64,000 nucleotides of DNA from Asterias rubens (Eukaryota), in NCBI RefSeq assembly GCF_902459465.1, contig NC_047074.1, forward strand, positions 6,820,001 to 6,884,000, read 5' to 3'. Under the pieces are notes generated by a model. The model saw only the letters and a program-made list of their open reading frames with translations, was not told the DNA's origin and made no database searches. Within the stretch, counting starts at the first letter, position 1. Every line of letters begins with the position of its first letter. Made by a program: the position numbers and the translations under genes. This document shows positions 48,250-59,299 of the stretch, one piece after another.

Positions 48250-48400
48250 TGACTAAAAGCTACCGTAGCTGTGTTTGTTTTGACTGGTCTGAGGCCAATC
48301 AAAACACAGATATGGAAAGCTTACTTTCGGTCTTCTGCATGTGTCCACGTGTACATGCATGCACTACATGCATGTGGATGTACATGTACTTGCAGGTAAA
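48250..48400 (-). repeat. Dispersed repeat; inverted copy of 11500-11660; palindromic CCAAT core
   Basis: gttttga(c/t)tggtc...ccaatcaaaac; cgaaagtaagc is shared. Confidence 0.7.
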
Positions 48401-48799
48401 CGCCAACTACACTACTCGCAATACCAGACACTACCCGCTCACGACTCCGACCAAATCAGGAGGCCCGTTTCAGACAACCAGCCAGACGACTCGCAACATG
48501 GAGTTCGGGTGACCGTTCGCCGAGAGCGTAGCCAATCGCGGAACTATCGTGGGCCAAACGTGGGAGGATCTCCATGAAAGTGGTTTGGTCGGGGTGGGAT
48601 CACCTATGTCGGGACGCTGCAAACTCACCCATGAGTATGTTCAAAATAAGCGTAGCCGGGTCGTGGCCAACAATAAGCGGGGTACAGTCGTAGTGGGAAC
48701 GCCATTATCGTACACTAATAATTTAATAATTTGGGGGGCTAATCATCCTTACTCGCAGCTAAGAGCTAAATTGCTAAGGACGCGGCTACAACATGTTCG

Positions 48800-49045
48800 A
48801 GAAGCAGGCATGCAAGGGCGCCTTAGGGTTGCCAGCCACATCAACCCATTATGACCACGGAGCACAGCCAAGATCGAAAGTGTTTGATTTTTCACGAGGG
48901 AGGAAAACCGGATGGTCTGGAAAACCCTCGTGGCACATCAGAGAACCAACGCACAACTCAACTCACATATGGCCCCAGCCGGGAATCGAACCTGGGTCAC
49001 CTTGGTGAGAGGCGACCGCTTTACGCACACGCCAACCATGCCACC
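48800..49045 (-). mobile_element. tRNA(Glu-like)-headed V-SINE-like element
   Basis: Minus strand: gcctctcacc...caggttcgattcccgg head, then gttctc...gggttttcc...ccggttttcctcc resembling the V domain. Confidence 0.6.
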
Positions 49046-50134
49046 AAGCAGCATGGTAGCAATGTGGTGAGATATGTGGTGAGATTTCTGTACACCGTCG
49101 GCAACCATTTCGAATAGAAAACCGATTGGTCGGCATTGGTCTTGGTGAAATCGTCAGTAATCGTAGTGGCAGCGAGTCAGAAACAATGTTTACGTATAGA
49201 AAGCAGTCAAGTTGGGCGGAGTCTTCAATCTGCCAAATTGCTGGATTATGCCGGCGATTATTATTAATTAACATTTATTTCATCGTTGTCCATTCATCTT
49301 ACAATACATAGATTAACATTACATTCAGTTACACAATAACATGTTTATGATAAAGTAGGCTATTACAATGTATACGCAATATAACTAATAGATTAATAAC
49401 AATTTTATATGTAATAAGCGGTAGGACAACAATTAGGTTCAGGTGAAGCCGTGGCTTTTGTTCCTTAACCTATGGACAGACGAACACAAAAATAACAGCA
49501 CCAGCACATATTGTACAGACAATAGACTTGACAGACAAACACAACAACGGCTAATGTAAGGTGTGTTGAAAGATAACATAACCTAGGCAATGCAGAAACA
49601 GTCATAATCTATGAATATCCATCAAGTAGTTGCTTTTTCAAATTTCTTGTAAAGACAGGTAGAGTAATTGATTTTTTAATTGAGTTCTCAGACCATTCCA
49701 GAACCCAACTCCACGCTGAACAAAACTCTTTTGGTATAATGATGTTCTTTGGCGGGAAACAAACAAATTTGTCTTTGCAGTACTTCGAGTATTATATGAA
49801 TGGACTTTTGAAGTTAAAGTGAAAAATGAACTAAAATTATACCCCGACTTGCTAAATGTTTGCGATCGGGGTGATTGTCATGATCTTAGTAAGGTCGTAG
49901 TGCTGTGTGAACGGGGTATAACAAACTACGCGTAGCAGATTGATATTTATCTCACTTCCCAGACCCATGGGTGTGGGTCAACTTGCTGGTAATATCTGGC
50001 CTCGCTCGTCGCGTCTGTCACAACATTTCTGTTTTTTACTGTATATTTTTCTGTATAGTAATGTGCCTTTAAGTTTTAAGGTTATTATTATAGTTGCTTT
50101 GAGATTGACTTTGAGGTTGACTTTGCTTGTGTCG

Positions 50135-51780
50135 GTGCCGTTGCTCATGGCGTTGCCCCTACCATTGCCGATGCCATTGGCCGTGGCGTTGCCCCTACCG
50201 CTGCCGATGCCATTGGCTATGGCGTTGCCCCTACCATTGCCGATGCCATTGGCCATGGCGTTGCCCCTACCGCTGCCAATGCCATTGGCCATGGCGTTGC
50301 CCCTACCATTGCCGATGCCATTGGCCATGGCGTTGCCTCTACCGTTGCCGATGCCATAGGCCATGGCCTTGCCCTACCATTGCCGATGCCATTGCCCATG
50401 GCCTTGCCCAACCATTGCCGATGCCATTGGCCGTGGCGTTGCCCTTACCGTTGCCGATGCCATTGGCCGTGGCGTTGCCCCTACCGTTGCCGATGCCATT
50501 GCCCATGCCGTTGCCCCTACCATTGCCGATGCCATTTGCTGTGGCGTTGCCCCTACCATTGGCCGTGGCGTTGCCCCTACCATTGCCGATGCCATTGGCC
50601 ATGGCGTTGCCCCTACCATTGCCGATGCCATTGGCCATGGCGTTGCCCCTACCATTGCCGATGCCATTGGCCATGGCGTTGCCCCTACCGTTGCCGATGC
50701 CATTTGCCGTGGCGTTGCCCTTACCAATGCCGATGCCATTTGCCGTGGCGTTGCCCCTACCGTTGCCGATGCCATTTGCCGTGGCGTTGCCCCTACCATT
50801 GCCGATGCCATTGGCCATGGCGTTGCCCCTACCATTGCCCATGGCGTTGCCCCACCATTGCCGATACCATTGGCCATGGCGTTGCCCCTACCAATGCCGA
50901 TGCCATTTGCCGTGGCGTTGCCCCTACCGTTGCCGATGCCATTTGCCGTGGCGTTGCCCTTACCATTGCCGATGCCATTGGCCATGGCGTTGCCCCTACC
51001 ATTGCCGATGCCATTTGCCGTGGCGTTGCCCCTACCATTGCCGATGCCATTGGCCATGGCGTTGCCCCTACCATTGCCCATGGCGTTGCCCCACCATTGC
51101 CGATACCATTGGCCATGGCGTTGCCCCTACCAATGCCGATGCCATTTGCCGTGGCGTTGCCCCTACCGTTGCCGATGCCATTTGCCGTGGCGTTGCCCTT
51201 ACCATTGCCGATGCCATTGGCCATGGCGTTGCCCCTACCATTGCCGATGCCATTTGCCGTGGCGTTGCCCCTACCATTGCCGATGCCATTGGCCATGGCA
51301 TTGCCCCTACCATTGCCGATGCCATTTGCCGTGGCGTTGCCCCTACCGTTGCCAATGCCATTTGCCGTGGCGTTGCCCTTACCATTGCCGATGCCATTGG
51401 CCATGGCGTTGCCCCTACCATTGCCGATGCCATTTGCCGTGGCGTTGCCCCTACCGTTGCCGATGCCATTGGCCATGGCGTTGCCCCTACCGTTGCCGAT
51501 GCCATTTGCCGTGGCATTGCCCCTACCGTTGCCGATGCCATTGGCCATGGCGTTGCCCCTACCGTTGCCGATGCCATTTGCCGTGGCATTGCCCCTACCG
51601 TTGCCGATGCCATTGGCCATGGCGTTGCCCCTACCGTTGCCGATGCCATTTGCCGTGGCGTTGCCCCTACCGTTGCCGATGCCATTTGCCGTGGCGTTGC
51701 CCCTACCATTGCCGATGCCATTTGCCACGGCATTGCCCCTACCATTGCCGATGCCATTTGCCATGGCGTTGCATCTACCG
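50135..51780 (+). repeat. GC-rich 36-bp minisatellite (gcgttgcccctaccattgccgatgccattggccatg), about 45 units
   Basis: Directly visible; hexamer substructure; 239-bp higher-order duplication (gatacc variant at 50863 and 51102). Confidence 0.95.
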
Positions 51781-51809
51781 GGATTCGAAAGCGTCCTTGG
51801 GAGAATGTA

Positions 51810-52260
51810 TTTTGGAACGTAAGCATATCTTGGAACGTAAGCATATCTTGGAACGTAAGCATATCTTGGAACGTAAGCGTAGCGGGGTATCTTGGAACGT
51901 AAACGTAGCTGCGTATGGAACGTAAGTCTAACTTGACTCAGGATTGAAAGCGTACCTTTTGAGTTTATAGCGTAACTTGAAGGAACGTAAGCGTATGTTT
52001 GAATGTAAGCGTACCTGAGTAGCTGCGTAGCTTGGAACGTAAGCATATCTTGGAACGTAAGTGAGCTGGTATCTTGGAACATAAACACGAAACTGCGTAT
52101 GGAACGTAAACGTAGCTTGACTCGGGCTTGAAAACGTACCTTTTGATATTATAGCTTAACTTGAAGGAACGTAAGCGTAGCTGAGTAGCTGCGTAGATTG
52201 GCGCGTAACTGTACAATATCTTTTGGAACGTAGTCGTAACCATATCTTTTGGAACAGCTC
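51810..52260 (+). repeat. 18-bp tandem repeat (ttggaacgtaagcatatc) plus degenerate larger duplicated blocks
   Basis: Perfect units at about 51812-51875; aaagcgtaccttttga / aaaacgtaccttttga block repeated near 51947 and 52131. Confidence 0.85.
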
Positions 52261-53674
52261 ATGGAAAATTGCGAATTTTGATTGCATATTCGAGTCATAA
52301 ATTCCACTAGTTGCCCAATCTAATCATTACCTCAAAAATAACACTTCATCCACAGAATTAAAAAATAATATTTTGTTTAACAAAATTACGCTTTGGGGGA
52401 ATTTTGTTTTATCATTATTTTTGTTTCAACCTTTAATAACAAATTCTTATTCACCTGTCCTTTTTAGGTTCGTTTTTTATTTAGAAGTTGAACTGGCATG
52501 ACTGAATTTGAAGTTGAACTTGCATGACTGGATCGAGTGGAAGTGAACATTAAAAACAAAAAAAATGCGGTATTCCTACCTTTTGACACATCAATCTTTT
52601 TGAATTACCTGAAAACTCCTAACAAAAAGAACTTAGATGGCCATGAAACAAAACAGAGCATATTGGAACGTTGCGATCATAAGAAATAACGCATTCGACA
52701 CGAGGTGTACCGACTGACAAACCCACGATGACAAAAATGTACTTTGATGTCTGGCTCCCAACCCCTCCCAAGCTCACGGTGAGACCCGCAAGCTGGGAGT
52801 TCATAGCGCCCGGGGCTTACACCTCCAGCCCCCACGAGACACGGCATGGGCGGTACGTGATATGCCCCGAGGCTTACGTTCCGATTGCTCCACGCCGTGG
52901 GGCCATATAACAAGCTTTCGTTACACGGACTCTCTGAATGCTAATCTTACGTTCGATTTTTGACCATTATCTGAATACGTAGTTTTTTTTGTCATATACT
53001 CATGAATAATTGTAAACAAAAATATTTATATTGGGTTCAGCGAATTAGCTTTTCTACGGCTCGAAGTAAAACTAACTCGGAAGGTCACGTCATTATTCTA
53101 ACCACTTTTTAGTACAAACTATCACGCGACTCTAAGTATTTGGAAAAGTGCTCAAAAACGGCTAAATTTTATGATTTTCTTTAGTGACTGCTCTCCTCCA
53201 GACCTTTGAAGTCATAGCTTAGTCTATTTTGTAGCTCAAATAGCCCAATTCAGCCGGTGTGCCCCTTTAAGCATGCGCATATTATTTCCGAGAAAAATTG
53301 ATGTTACCTGGTAAGTCTGCTGCCACCAAGCGTCCCAAAAGTCTCCCATTGTTTACCAATTAAAGAACTTAATCAATTGTTCATGTCACTGAATTGTAGT
53401 TAATGAGCAGTTGAATAAGTAATTTGCAACCATTTTCCCCAGATTGTTTTTCACATACTAGTGCAGCTGCAATTCAAGCTTAACTGTCGTCCATATGTAA
53501 AAACAGCGCCACATGGCAAAATAAAAACAAAAACCCGATTAAAAATTAAAAACAGAATAACCAATCAGGATGCAAAAATACAGACTGCCACTTTCTGCTC
53601 TTGCTTGACCCTGATTAAAAAATAAATATTTCTGATTATGTTTATTTTTATACAATTCCTTTTTACTGTTGAGT

Positions 53675-54058
53675 TTAAAGGCAGTGGACACTATTGGTAA
53701 TTACTAAAAATAATTATTATCGTAAAACCTTTCTTGATTACGAGTATGGTTGATAGTATAAAACATTGTGAGAAACAGCTCCCTCTGAAGTGACGTAGTT
53801 TTCGAGAAAAAAAAAGTATTTTTCCTCCAATTTGATTTCGAGACCTCAGATTTAGAATTTGAGGTCTCGAAATCAAGCATCTGAAAGCACACAACTTTGT
53901 GCGACAAGGGCGTTTTTCTTTCATTAGTTTCTCGCAACTTCGACGACCGATTGAGCTCAAATTTTAACAGGTTTGCTATTTTATGCATATGTTGAGATAC
54001 ACCAACTGTGAAGACTAGTCTTTGACAAACCAGTAGTGTCCAAATCCAGTGTCTTTAA
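53675..54058 (+). mobile_element. MITE family A copy
   Basis: TTAA flanks. Confidence 0.85.
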
Positions 54059-54888
54059 GAAGTAAGTTTAAGTTTTGACTCTACACAAACAGGAACTGGC
54101 TGTGCGATAAAGTGTTAACACACTGCGACAGTTATGTTTCAGACCACTGTTTAAGGTGATTGGTTGTGACTGGTGATCATCGTAGCATGCTGTGTTGAAG
54201 CGATAGGCTTAATCTCTACCTTAATGCCCGCTAATTTTATAGTAATGCCGGTAAAAATGTCAAGGAACGGCTGTAGAAACTCTCAACACAAACTACTTTT
54301 ATTCACGTTGTCAATAAGCAGCGGCATTTCCGGAAGTTACAATGCTTTTTTTGTGCACGCAATAAAATCGTCATCATTCTATACACTACTGCAACATTTT
54401 CTAGGCATCACGCACCAACAAACGCAAACTTCAGTTTTTGCCTACTTAAGAGAGCCATTCGTGTATACACTTTCTCTCATTCTCAAGACCCCTGTGCTGC
54501 CTGCCCTCTTCAAACAACTTACCACTCTCACTCCAAGTAACTAAGCATACCAAAACTATGCTTACCAGAATAAGGTTACCGGCTAAACTACCATGTCACG
54601 TGTACAATTTGTGACTGGTATCCTAGTCAGTTCTGTTTAGCAGACATTTGTTAAGCAATATTTTCTGCTGAAGCATCTTTATGAAATTGGGCCCTGCATG
54701 TATTTATATACTATTACTAACAATCTCCACTCTAGTATAACACGAAGGCCGCCAGGGCTAAAGGCATTCTTCGCTTATAGAAAGCCATCGCTGAAATTTG
54801 GCGCTTGCATAGTGAGCGGAGAATGGTGATCGTATAAGCGAAGAAATCAGCGGTAAGCATGGCAATGAAATTTAGCCCAGGTCTTGAC

Positions 54889-55275
54889 TTAAAGGCAGTG
54901 GACACTATTGGTAATTACTCAACATAATTATTAGCATAAAACCTTTCTTGGTGACGAGTAATGGGGATAGGTTGATGGTATAAAACATTGTGAGAAACGG
55001 CTCCCTCTAAAGTGCCATAGTTTTTGAGAAAGAAGTAATTTTCCACGAATTTGATTTCGAGACCTCAGGTTTACAACTTGAGGTCTCGAAATCAACCATC
55101 TAAACGCACACAACTTCGTGTGACAAGGGTGTTTTTTTCTTTCATTATTATCTCGCAACTTCGATGACCGATTGAGCTCAAATTTTCACAGGTTAGTTAT
55201 TTCTTGCATATGTTGAGATACACCAACTGTGAAGGCTAGTCTTTGACAACTACCAATATTGTCCACTGCCTTTAA
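54889..55275 (+). mobile_element. MITE family A copy
   Basis: TTAA flanks. Confidence 0.85.
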
Positions 55276-55962
55276 TCTTTGTTGTTCCTTTCACTTGGAC
55301 TACTCCAGCAACACTCTTCGTTTGTACATTATGTGAATTTAGAACATTTTATTCATTGCTGATTATAGTTCTCTGGAAAAAAAAATGTTGTGTTTTTCAG
55401 CAAGAAGTTCGGAGTGTTTACAATTATACAGTTTTAAATTGAAACCGCATATGATACGAATAAACTGTGCACCTTCACTGGGGAAAAACTGTCAATATCA
55501 GTATCACTTAAATATGTTTGACACTAAGGATATGTGAAGTTGCAACTGTGACACAGTGAGGTGTATATGCTTGATTTGTAGACAGCGGGAGGGAGGTGTA
55601 GATGGCGTCTATCTAGTAATTCCATATACCCACATCATTCTCGCAATGGTTCAACCATACACCTGCTTCAACGTATCACTTGTTTCTAGAGAACCGACTG
55701 ATATGATTTTGCTCCTGCCAATGCTTCCCGTAATGTGCTACCAAATCAGCTAATTGACAACATCTCCGGGAGTCCAACTTTTTAGCAAGGAAATGTCATG
55801 ATTTATTCCTGAATGGTTGGTAGACAGAATCAAGCTTTCGAACGCACACAACGTGACAATCCTGACTCTTGCGTGGAAATATACTTATCATTGACGATGC
55901 AATACAATCAGAGTTCTCTATAAATCAAACTTCCATCTTTAAGTTAATTTCAAACAACTACC

Positions 55963-56115
55963 ATGGAAATTCGTGTGTTGATCATCGGTTATGGATTTAC
56001 TGTCATGTTTTTGTTCAGTATTTTAGAAGCTTCAACCGTAGATGAAAATCGCCAGTGCACCCGGTACTTCTACACAGAAACTGTCCGACATCCAAAGAAG
56101 GATTGCAACGAAAAG
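55963..56115 (+). CDS. NDP: Norrin-like coding exon 1
   Basis: ctaccATGG start; 51 codons; donor AAG|gtattg. Not in the ORF track. Confidence 0.9.
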
Positions 56116-59000
56116 GTATTGTAACTTTTGTTTTGTAAACTGATATGCATGTGTATACCCGATCAAGAGTAATATTTAACTCTAGGCAGTGGACACTATT
56201 GGTAATTATTACTCAAAATAACTATTAGCATAAAACCTTACTTGGTTACGAGTAATGGGGAGAGGTTGATAGTTTAAAACAGTGTGATAAACGGCTCCCT
56301 CTGAAGTAATGTAGTTTTCGAGAACGAAGTTATTTTCCACGAACTTGATTTTGAGACCTCAGAATTAGATGTTGAGTTCTCGAAGTCAAGCATCTGAAAG
56401 CACACAACTTCGTGTGACAAGGTTTTTTTCTTTCATAGTTATCTCGCAACTGCGACAACCGATTGAGCTCAAATTTTCACAGGTTTGTTATCTTGTGCAT
56501 ATCTTGAGATACACCAATTGAGAAGACGAGTCTTTGACAATTACCAATACTGTCCACTGTCTTTAAGTAATGTTTAGCCTCCGAGAAAACCTCTGCTATT
56601 GGGTCAGAACGTCAGGCCATGAATAGCATTTTTAGTATTATTCTTATTTGATGAAAACATTACTCTTCAAGTGTTTTTTATTTCATTTTATGAACCCCTT
56701 TTGAGACCCACACATACATCGGTAATGGCTTGATTAAACCCACAGCAAGCTGCAGCTAATGAGCATAATAATAATAGAGCCATGTAACTTCGTTATAAGA
56801 TAAAGTGAGAGTTATCCCGTTGGTGGTTGTCTCTTGGCCACCATTCCAACAAGAGAAACATCTCTGTCAGAGTTGAGCTGTTGGGATAAATCTGAACAAA
56901 TTAGTTGTGTCTTCAGCAGTTTGTTGAACACGAGTAAGGGCTATGTAATAACCAAACGAAACATAGCAGCCTTGGTACAGAGGGTTGGGGTGAGAGAGTT
57001 TCAACCTTTTATGTATTAAAGTAAGCGATGGCCAACACAAAGGTGAGAACATTTCTGAAATAAATATGGTGCTCAGTCACGCACGGTCATACAAAAAGAA
57101 GAACTGTTGTTGTTTTTCTGTTGGGAACGGGAATCAATGGAGTTCTTGAAGAATTCTGAATTCATATTTTGCTGTTCCAGTGATTAGCGTGTTGTTTTAA
57201 AGGATTTGGGTACTTTTTTTTAAATGTCCATTGATTTACATTAAACTTACAGGGTTTGAAGATAATGATGGTGGAAAGCTTCCCTTCAAATATTACTTAC
57301 AGAGGTGCTGTAGTTTTTGAGAAATGAGTATAACAATGTCATGAAAATACGTTTGTAAATGCTTAAAATAATTTTCGTCTCATGAGACGAAAATTAATTT
57401 CATGCCATTGTTTTACTCATTTCCCAAAAACTACAGCACCTCAGCACGTAATATTTCAGGGAAGCTTTCTACTATCATTATCTTCAAACTGTGTAAGTTT
57501 AGTGTAAATCTGTGGACATTGTGTTTTTTGTCCTACAAAAAGTACATACACCCTTTAAAGTTGTCCATGTTTAGGGTTAGGGTTATGGTCAGGGTGAGGG
57601 TTAAGGTTAGGGTTAGGTTGGGGTTAGGGTTAGGGTTATAGGGTTAGGGTTAGAGTTAGGGTTAGGGTTAGGTAAGGTTATGGTTTGGGTTTGGGTTAGA
57701 GTTAGATTTAGGCTTATGGTTAGGGTTAGTGTTATGTTAGGGTTAGGTAAAGGGTATGACAATTAGGCTGCAAGGTAATATTAGCCTTCCAATTTTTAAA
57801 GGTAAGTCCTTTGGAGCTTACAAAAATTCACTCCAAGATGTAGGCTACTTCTTCAGTGAGCAGTGCGCACCCAAGTATGAATTATTTTCGGACTTTTTGA
57901 TGTCATTGGAAAGTTGTTCCACCAGAATCATATATTTTTTATTCGGCAGTCATTTCAAAAGTGTATACAGTATTTTTTATAACACAGGATGAATGACAAC
58001 ACACATTATACCCATAGATTATACAAGAATGTTGAGTTATTGGCAAGAGAGCATGTTGGGAATTTGCCGACGGGCGCGACTGGTTTTTGGGGCCGTCTGC
58101 GGTCGCTAGCGGATTCATAGGCGACAATTGACGGCAACACACGATGATTGGCGGCAAATTCAAAATAAAAATTCACAGCTGGACATAGCTTGCCGTACCC
58201 CCTATTAGTCATAGTGTTAGCCAGCCTCAAACGACTGGAAAATAATGCAACCAATTATAGATTAAAGATACTATCTAGACACTACTGGTAATGTCAAAGA
58301 CAAGTCTTTTCTCAGTCGTTGTATCTTAACATAATATGCATAAAAAACAAACCTGTGAAGATTTGAGCTCAATCAGACGTCGAAGCTACGAAATAATAAT
58401 AAAAGAAACAAACTTCATTGTCACACAAAGTTGTGTGCTTTCAGATGCTTGATTTCGGGACCTCCAAATCTAATTCTGAGGTCTCGAAATCAATTTCGTG
58501 GTAAATTACTTATTTCTCGAAAGTATGTTAGTTCAGAGGGAGCCGTTTCTCAACATGTTTTGTACTCAACAGCTCTCCATTGCTTGTTACCAAGTACTTT
58601 TTAATGCTAACATTTATTTTGAGTAATTACCAATAGTGTCCACTGCCTTTAAACGACTGGAGGATATTACAACATTAATATATGAGTATTATCTCCGTTC
58701 CAGGTTGTCTTGATGTCGAGATGTGCTGGCCGATGTGAGTTGATGTCATCAGCTGATCCAGTCATTGGTTTCCGTAGTATTCTCAAACACCCCTTTACTT
58801 ATCGATGTAGTAGTTGTCAGGATCAAAGCTCAATGATGAAGGCAGTTCGATTGCGGTGTAGAAATGATGAGAGGGTGTATGCTGTATACCGCTACATACT
58901 ACAATGTCACTGTTCAGCATGCAAGATTGGATTACATCGCCGTTCTGGCTCAACGGTCATTACTTACAACATTGTTTTACTTCTTCTATATACTTATTAA
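55963..59000 (+). CDS. NDP: Norrin (Norrie disease protein) homologue, cystine-knot growth factor, 149 aa. Exons 55963-56115 and 58704-59000
   Basis: Signal peptide MEIRVLIIGYGFTVMFLFSILEA. CTRYFYTETVRHPKKDCNEK|VVLMSRCAGRC...ILKHPFTYRCSSCQDQSSMMKAVRLRC...YRYILQCHCSAC aligns without gaps to human Norrin as I recall it. Phase-0 intron AAG|gtattg...ttccag|GTT. Confidence 0.92.
56183..56566 (+). mobile_element. MITE family A copy (5' end of the Norrin intron)
   Basis: Family sequence. Confidence 0.85.
57197..57558 (+). mobile_element. MITE family D (TTAA-flanked)
   Basis: ttaaaggatttgggtac...gtacatacaccctttaa. Related fragments at about 878-1077 and 23800-24005. Confidence 0.75.
57571..57753 (+). 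repeat. Interstitial telomere-like (TTAGGG)n tract, about 180 bp, degenerate
   Basis: ttagggttagggttatggtcagggtgagggttaaggttaggg... Confidence 0.9.
58262..58652 (-). mobile_element. MITE family A copy (3' end of the Norrin intron)
   Basis: TTAA flanks. Confidence 0.85.
58704..59000 (+). CDS. NDP: Norrin-like coding exon 2
   Basis: ctccgttccag|GTT; cystine-knot cysteines; stop TAA at 58998-59000. Confidence 0.92.
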   Translation, partial: VVLMSRCAGRCELMSSADPVIGFRSILKHPFTYRCSSCQDQSSMMKAVRLRCRNDERVYAVYRYILQCHCSACKIGLHRRSGSTVITYNIVLLLLYTY

Positions 59001-59012
59001 TTCACATTCCGT

Positions 59013-59299
59013 TTAAAGACACTATTGGTAATTGTCAAAGTTTTCTCACTTGGTTTATCTCAACATGTGCATCAAATAACAAACCTGTGAAAACTTGAGC
59101 TCAATCGGTCGTCGAAGTTGCGAGATAATAATGAAAGAAAAAACACTCTTGTCACACGAAGTTGAGTGGATTCGGATTCTTTATTTCGAGAGGGAGCCGT
59201 TTCTCACAATGTTTTATTCTATCAACATCTTCCAAATATTCGTTACCAGGTGAGGTGTTAGTAATTATTTTGAGTAATTACCAAAAGTGTCCACTGCCT
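59013..59299 (-). mobile_element. MITE family A copy, 12 bp after the Norrin stop, internal deletion
   Basis: Family sequence. Confidence 0.8.

Noticed and set aside
48400-48800. GC-rich segment with an RERSQSR-containing frame (also 52690-52910)
   Set aside because: Frames are short and broken with no gag, RT or other motif. Possibly retroelement debris, but unsupported.
49940-52243. Long ORFs (up to 591 aa) of LPLPMPLAMA, CRCHWPW, ANGIGNGRGN and MASAMVGATP repeats
   Set aside because: All are translations of a stop-poor 36-bp minisatellite in several frames on both strands, with internal frameshifts. Not called as CDS.
4507-55158. Recurring short ORFs such as ...KTPLSHEVVCF... and ...HTKLCAFRCL...
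   Set aside because: Chance frames within MITE family A copies; no transposase motifs.
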